A stretch of 64,000 bases of DNA from Candidatus Dadabacteria bacterium CSP1-2 (GTDB taxonomy: Bacteria; Desulfobacterota_D; UBA1144; Nemesobacterales; CSP1-2): assembly GCA_001443445.1 (NCBI GenBank), contig LDXN01000001.1, positions 49,290-113,289 on the forward strand, read 5' to 3'. Shown one piece after another: positions 59,462-64,000 of the stretch. The position numbers were made by a program, and so were the translations under genes. The notes under the pieces were generated by a model, which was not told the DNA's origin, searched no databases, and worked only from the letters and a program-made list of their open reading frames with translations. Within the stretch, counting starts at the first letter, position 1. Each line of letters opens with the position of its first letter.

Positions 59462-59554
59462 CCGTCATTGCAAGTAGAGTATTGAGAGAAGAATCAGGGT
59501 ATTGGTGCTGGGAAGGTGTTTGCCTTTCTCCCCTTGGATACTTGCCATGACGAA
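59462..59554. repeat. short MITE family A-like element upstream of gltA
   Basis: A 14-bp inverted repeat CGTCATTGCAAGTA / TACTTGCCATGACG with one mismatch. It shares the 'GTCATTGC' terminal motif. Confidence 0.5.
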
Positions 59555-59677
59555 TTTTAGTATAGCGACTGTTAGAGGTATATTTGTAAAAAAGGCTTAG
59601 CTTGTACTAAATATAAAGACTAGTTTTTTATTTGATCGTTTAAACCGAAACCCAATACACTAAAAGGAGATAGTATT

Positions 59678-60967
59678 GTGGCTAAAGAAACTTTGACGAT
59701 TACTGACAATAGGACAGGGAAAACCTACGAGATTCCTATTAACTCTGGGACTATTAGAGCGATGGATCTTCGCCAAATTAAGATCTCAGAAGATGATTTT
59801 GGAATTATGAGCTATGATCCAGCGTTGGGTAACACCGCATCCTGCAATAGTAGAATAACTTTCATTGACGGAGAGAAGGGAATTCTTCTCTATCGAGGGT
59901 ATCCCATAGAGCAACTAGCGGAAAAAAGCAATTATCTTGAAGTAGCTTACCTACTCTTATATGGGGAACTACCTTCTAAATCTCAGTATGATGCATGGGG
60001 TCACAATATTACGCATCATACGATTTTTCATGAGAACATAAAAAAGTTTATTGACGGTTTTCGTTACGATGCTCATCCAATGGGTATGCTTCTAAGTACG
60101 GTCGGAGCATTGTCTACCTTTTATCCTGAAGCAAAGAATATCTTTGACCCGGATTCGAGAAAGAAGCAATTCCATCGTTTGATTGCAAAAATGCCAACGT
60201 TAGCCGCCTTTTCTTATCGCCAAACCGTTGGCTTACCATATGTGTATCCGGATAACGATCTCAGCTACACCGGAAATTTTTTGAATATGATGTTTAAGAT
60301 GACTGAACTCAAATATAAACCAAATCGAGTTATTGAAAGAGCGATAGATATACTATTTATACTTCATGCTGACCATGAACAGAATTGTAGTACAAACGCG
60401 ATGCGCAGCGTTGGAAGTTCACTTCCAGATCCTTATTCAGCTACCGCTGCGGCAATTGCTGCACTTTATGGGCCTCTTCATGGTGGGGCAAATGAAGAGG
60501 TGCTAAACATGCTATCTGTCATTGGTTCAAAAGATAAAATTCCTGAATTTATAAAAAGGGTCAAAGCTGGTGAAGGTAGGCTAATGGGATTTGGTCATCG
60601 CGTTTATAAGGCTTATGACCCAAGAGCTAAAATCATTAAGCAGATCGCTCATGAGGTTTTTGAGGTTACAGGCAAGAATCCGCTACTTGAGATAGCATTG
60701 GAACTAGAAAGGATCGCTCTCGAGGACGATTATTTTATTAAGCGTAGGCTGTATCCCAATGTAGATTTTTACTCCGGTTTAATCTACCAAAGTATGGGGC
60801 TTCCACTAAGTATATTCACAGTGCTTTTTGCCATACCTCGTACGTCGGGTTGGCTAGCTCAATGGGAAGAGATGCTTTTAGATGAGGAGAGGAGAATAGT
60901 TCGTCCAAGACAGATTTACTTAGGTCCTGATAAGCGTGATTACGTATCAATTGAAAATAGGACCTAG
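59678..60967 (+). CDS. gltA: citrate synthase (type I); GTG start
   Basis: 429 aa: 'GYRGYPIEQL', 'HADHEQNCSTN' and 'GFGHRVYK' active-site motifs. Confidence 0.9.
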   Translation: MAKETLTITDNRTGKTYEIPINSGTIRAMDLRQIKISEDDFGIMSYDPALGNTASCNSRITFIDGEKGILLYRGYPIEQLAEKSNYLEVAYLLLYGELPSKSQYDAWGHNITHHTIFHENIKKFIDGFRYDAHPMGMLLSTVGALSTFYPEAKNIFDPDSRKKQFHRLIAKMPTLAAFSYRQTVGLPYVYPDNDLSYTGNFLNMMFKMTELKYKPNRVIERAIDILFILHADHEQNCSTNAMRSVGSSLPDPYSATAAAIAALYGPLHGGANEEVLNMLSVIGSKDKIPEFIKRVKAGEGRLMGFGHRVYKAYDPRAKIIKQIAHEVFEVTGKNPLLEIALELERIALEDDYFIKRRLYPNVDFYSGLIYQSMGLPLSIFTVLFAIPRTSGWLAQWEEMLLDEERRIVRPRQIYLGPDKRDYVSIENRT

Positions 60968-60982
60968 AAATGAAAACAAGAA

Positions 60983-62398
60983 CTATTGAAAGTTTGAGAT
61001 AGCCTTCACTGCTAGCCAAACAACACCTTTTGGATACAGTCCAAGAACTATAACTGCTAAGGTTGAAATACCAATGCTGATTTTCAAATCAATGGGAATA
61101 GATATACGGCTAGTTTCTTTTATACCCTCTTCAATATACATCTTACGTGCTATGTTTAGGTAATAGGAAAGGGCTACTACTGTTAAAAGGGCGCCAAGAA
61201 ATACTATAAAAATATAACCGGCTTCGGCAGCGGCTAAGAATATATAGAGCTTTGCCCAGAAGCCAATCACAAAAGGGATGCCTCCTAGAGAGAGAAGAAA
61301 CACAAGCATGGCTAGAGATAAGAAAGGTGAACGACGGTAAAGCCTACTATAAGAGTCAAGATCATCACTTCCTGTAGCTCTGTGCACTACTTCTGCGACA
61401 AAAAAGGCGCCCATATTGGAAAAAAGATACGCAACAAAGTAAAACACACTCATCTCTAGTCCGAATTTGGAGCCGCTTGCAAGACCAAGAAGTATATATC
61501 CGATATGAGCAATTCCTGAATAGGCAAGAAGTCGTTTAATATTTCGCTGTGGCAGGGCTAGAAGGTTCCCAACTATCATGGTTAGAGCTGAAAGCCATAT
61601 GATGTAAATTGTCCAAGTAGATGCTAAAGGCTCTAGTGCTTCAAAGAAGAACCGAAATAAAATTCCAAATCCTGCAATTTTCGGTGCAACCGAAAGAAAG
61701 GCAACAAAAGGTGTTGGCGCACCCTCATATGTATCAGGTACCCAAAATTGAAAAGGGAAAGATGCGATTTTAAACCCGAATCCAGCAAGGAGAATAATAA
61801 GGGCCAAGTTGCCTAAGGGATCATTTAACCCGATTAGCGGTTGTTCAGCAAGCCAACTTGTAGTTCCTGTTGCGGCAAAAAAGATTCCGATCCCTAAAAG
61901 TAGTAAAGCTGAGGAAACAGTTCCAAACATGAAGATCTTCAAAGCGCCTTCGACACTCCTTGGATTTTCTTTATCAAACCCGGAAAGTACATATAGCGGA
62001 ATACTCATAAGTTCGAATCCGACTAAGAGAAGGAGTAACTCTCTTGAAGAAACAGTTATCATCATGCCAAGAAGTGAGAAAAGAAGAAGAAGATAGTATT
62101 CGCCTTCTCGTCCCTTAAGTTTTTTTTCTGTATGGCTGATAGAGCCTAAAACGGCTAGTCCAGTTGCTATAAGGAAAATCTGTTTCATAGTGACTGCAAA
62201 AGAATCGCTCACAAAGGTACCTGAAAAGGCCGTTCCATAAATTGACTTTGACATACTAATTCCTAAAACAATAATTAATAAAAGAAACGATAGATAACCT
62301 AAGATCTTCTTTGTCTCTCTTTGGAGAAAAAGGTCTAAAAGGAAGATTACGAATATTCCTATAGTAAGTGCTATTTCTAAAGTGAGCAGTTTAAACAT
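60983..62398 (-). CDS. nuoN: NADH-quinone oxidoreductase subunit N-like membrane protein
   Basis: 471 aa, about 14 TM helices, with the antiporter-like 'LLAYSGIAHIGY' motif. It sits downstream of the NuoM-like gene. Confidence 0.75.
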   Translation of the reverse strand: MFKLLTLEIALTIGIFVIFLLDLFLQRETKKILGYLSFLLLIIVLGISMSKSIYGTAFSGTFVSDSFAVTMKQIFLIATGLAVLGSISHTEKKLKGREGEYYLLLLFSLLGMMITVSSRELLLLLVGFELMSIPLYVLSGFDKENPRSVEGALKIFMFGTVSSALLLLGIGIFFAATGTTSWLAEQPLIGLNDPLGNLALIILLAGFGFKIASFPFQFWVPDTYEGAPTPFVAFLSVAPKIAGFGILFRFFFEALEPLASTWTIYIIWLSALTMIVGNLLALPQRNIKRLLAYSGIAHIGYILLGLASGSKFGLEMSVFYFVAYLFSNMGAFFVAEVVHRATGSDDLDSYSRLYRRSPFLSLAMLVFLLSLGGIPFVIGFWAKLYIFLAAAEAGYIFIVFLGALLTVVALSYYLNIARKMYIEEGIKETSRISIPIDLKISIGISTLAVIVLGLYPKGVVWLAVKAISNFQ

Positions 62399-62422
62399 GA
62401 TCTATGTTTCCTCTAAGCATTC

Positions 62423-63976
62423 TTACTTTAGAACCCTCTGTAACAAATCTATTACAGAAGCATCCATCAGTTTTAAAAGTGGTTTTGGATAGAGTCCTAC
62501 TACAATTAGAACCGCTGAAAGAATTATAGGTGCAATCCACTCAACGCCAATTGCGTCCTTAAGACCATTAGGATTTTCCTTATGGTTGATCTCGGGTTCT
62601 TTCTCAGTACCGAAAAAGATCCATTTAAGAACCCGAAGCGCATAAACTGCTGTGATAAAAGCACCAAAGACTGCAGGAATCAGCCACCAGGAATGTGAAG
62701 ATTTCCAGGCTCCTAGAAAAACAAGCAATTCTGCGACAAAACCACTAAGACCAGGAAGCCCTAAGGAAGTGAGAGCGCCTATAGCAAAGAAGGTAGCTAT
62801 GCCAGGCATACGCTTTGCAAACCCACCCATTTGGAGAATTTCGCGGCTGTGTGCCTTTTCATAAATGAGCCCGACTAGGGCAAAAAGGAGTCCGGTCATA
62901 ATACCGTGTGAAAACATCTGTAGAACCGATCCATTAAGACCCATTTCGTTAAGCGTTGCGGCGCCGAGCATCACGATTCCCATGTGTGAAACAGATGAAT
63001 ATGCAACTACATACTTTAAATCCCTCTGCCACATCGCTCCAAGGGCTCCATAGACGATATTTATTACAGCAATAGTTCCAATCATAGGGGCAAGTGTTTG
63101 TGCTGCATCGGGGAAAAGTCCCATGCCTAAACGTATGATCCCATAGGCACCAAGCTTCATAAGAACTCCTGCATGCATCATTGAAGTAGCAGTGGGTGCT
63201 GCTGCATGACCATCAGGAGACCAGGTGTGGATGGGCCAAACACCTGCAAGGCTTCCAAAACCGACATACAAAAGGAGAAAGAGCCAATTTTGAACGGACG
63301 AAGGAAGAATGACCCCTTCAAGTGCTATATAGTCAAATGTTTTGAGTCCTGAGAAGCTATAGAGCCCTAGAATTGCAACTAGAATAAAAGCCGAGCCAAA
63401 AAGTAGGTAAAGGGTGAGCTTCATAGCTCCATATTCCTTACTCCCAAGGCCCATATCCATAATTGCTCTTGCAAATGGACCCTTTGCTACTATCTTGGTT
63501 GAAGAGCCCCATATCCCTATTAATAGATACATAGGAAGAACAGCGAGTTCGTAGAACAAAAAGAACAAGAAAAGGTCAAGAGAAACAAAAACTCCAAAAA
63601 CACCTGTAACTAAAAGGAGAAGTAAGATATAAAATTCTTTGCTTCTAAAGGGTATAGTCCATGATGCAAAGACCCCAGCAATTAAAATAAAACTGGTAAG
63701 TAGAATAAGTACGATGCTTATTCCATCTGCCCCTAAGTGATAACCGATTCCTAGGCTTTGAACAATCGGGATGTATTCGTTAAACTGAAATCCACCAAGC
63801 TCAGAATCATAGTATAAAGTTGCAATTATGCTTCCAAGGAACGATATAATTGAAAAACTGAGCGCAGTAAGTCTTATGGGAAGATACCATCTTTCAGGTT
63901 GAAGAAGGAGAATTACAGCTCCAATAAACGGGGAAAGTGTAATTAAAGAAAGAATAGGTAAGGTTTCGCTTGTCAT
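62423..63976 (-). CDS. nuoM: NADH-quinone oxidoreductase subunit M-like membrane protein
   Basis: 517 aa, polytopic; 'WLPDAHVEAPT'-like 'WSPDGHAAAPTATSMMHAGV' motif of complex I subunit M (ND4). Confidence 0.75.
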   Translation of the reverse strand: MTSETLPILSLITLSPFIGAVILLLQPERWYLPIRLTALSFSIISFLGSIIATLYYDSELGGFQFNEYIPIVQSLGIGYHLGADGISIVLILLTSFILIAGVFASWTIPFRSKEFYILLLLLVTGVFGVFVSLDLFLFFLFYELAVLPMYLLIGIWGSSTKIVAKGPFARAIMDMGLGSKEYGAMKLTLYLLFGSAFILVAILGLYSFSGLKTFDYIALEGVILPSSVQNWLFLLLYVGFGSLAGVWPIHTWSPDGHAAAPTATSMMHAGVLMKLGAYGIIRLGMGLFPDAAQTLAPMIGTIAVINIVYGALGAMWQRDLKYVVAYSSVSHMGIVMLGAATLNEMGLNGSVLQMFSHGIMTGLLFALVGLIYEKAHSREILQMGGFAKRMPGIATFFAIGALTSLGLPGLSGFVAELLVFLGAWKSSHSWWLIPAVFGAFITAVYALRVLKWIFFGTEKEPEINHKENPNGLKDAIGVEWIAPIILSAVLIVVGLYPKPLLKLMDASVIDLLQRVLK

Positions 63977-64000
63977 GTTTATTATTTTTCTCCTTCAAGA

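Noticed and set aside
1-64000. CRISPR arrays or cas genes
   Set aside because: No run of regularly spaced direct repeats of 24-48 bp was seen. The repeats present are dispersed palindromes, not arrays.

Overview
The window is a mostly core-genome stretch from a Gram-negative bacterium with about 42% GC. The infB-DUF503-rbfA-DHH(nrnA)-truB-rpsO-pnp gene order resembles deltaproteobacterial or Nitrospirae-like layouts, but this is only a guess. Named gene blocks I can recognise: infB (3' end), ylxP-like DUF503, rbfA, nrnA-like DHH, truB, rpsO, pnp, miaA; nfeD with an SPFH/stomatin gene; oppABCDF; yceD-rpmF-plsX-fabD-fabG-acpP-fabF with no fabH; acnA, icd, mdh; an E. coli-type frdABCD fumarate reductase; sucC with no adjacent sucD; rpoH-dnaK; rpmE; an EF-G paralog with degenerate G-motifs; a gamma-CA-like gene; ppx; hrcA-grpE-dnaJ; gltA; nuoN/nuoM. 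Accessory parts are an AT-rich islet at 22.9-24.3 kb (DUF4336-like gene with a poly-A frameshift plus an orphan HicB-like antitoxin) and a long, mostly minus-strand block at 46-57.5 kb. That block holds a pfkB kinase, a ThrC-like gene coupled to a MoaD/ThiS-like gene, two DUF427 paralogs, a DsbA-like HCCA isomerase, a SAM methyltransferase, a RelE/ParE toxin-antitoxin pair, a betaine-type ABC transporter (fused SBD-permease with an apparent frameshift, plus ATPase), and the ergothioneine genes egtB-egtD. Intergenic DNA is crowded with at least two dispersed palindromic repeat (MITE/REP-like) families and several smaller hairpin families. I found no rRNA, tRNA or CRISPR. The most interesting candidates are: (i) egtBD-DUF427 next to a quaternary-ammonium-type ABC importer, a possible ergothioneine/hercynine transport-biosynthesis locus; (ii) the ThrC-like plus sulfur-carrier (GG-KKQF) pair; (iii) an EF-G II paralog in which the switch-II catalytic His is replaced by Phe; (iv) a modular MITE family whose short copies look like deletion derivatives of a roughly 170-bp composite element. 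All calls come from reading the sequence and recalling protein families; no searches were run.
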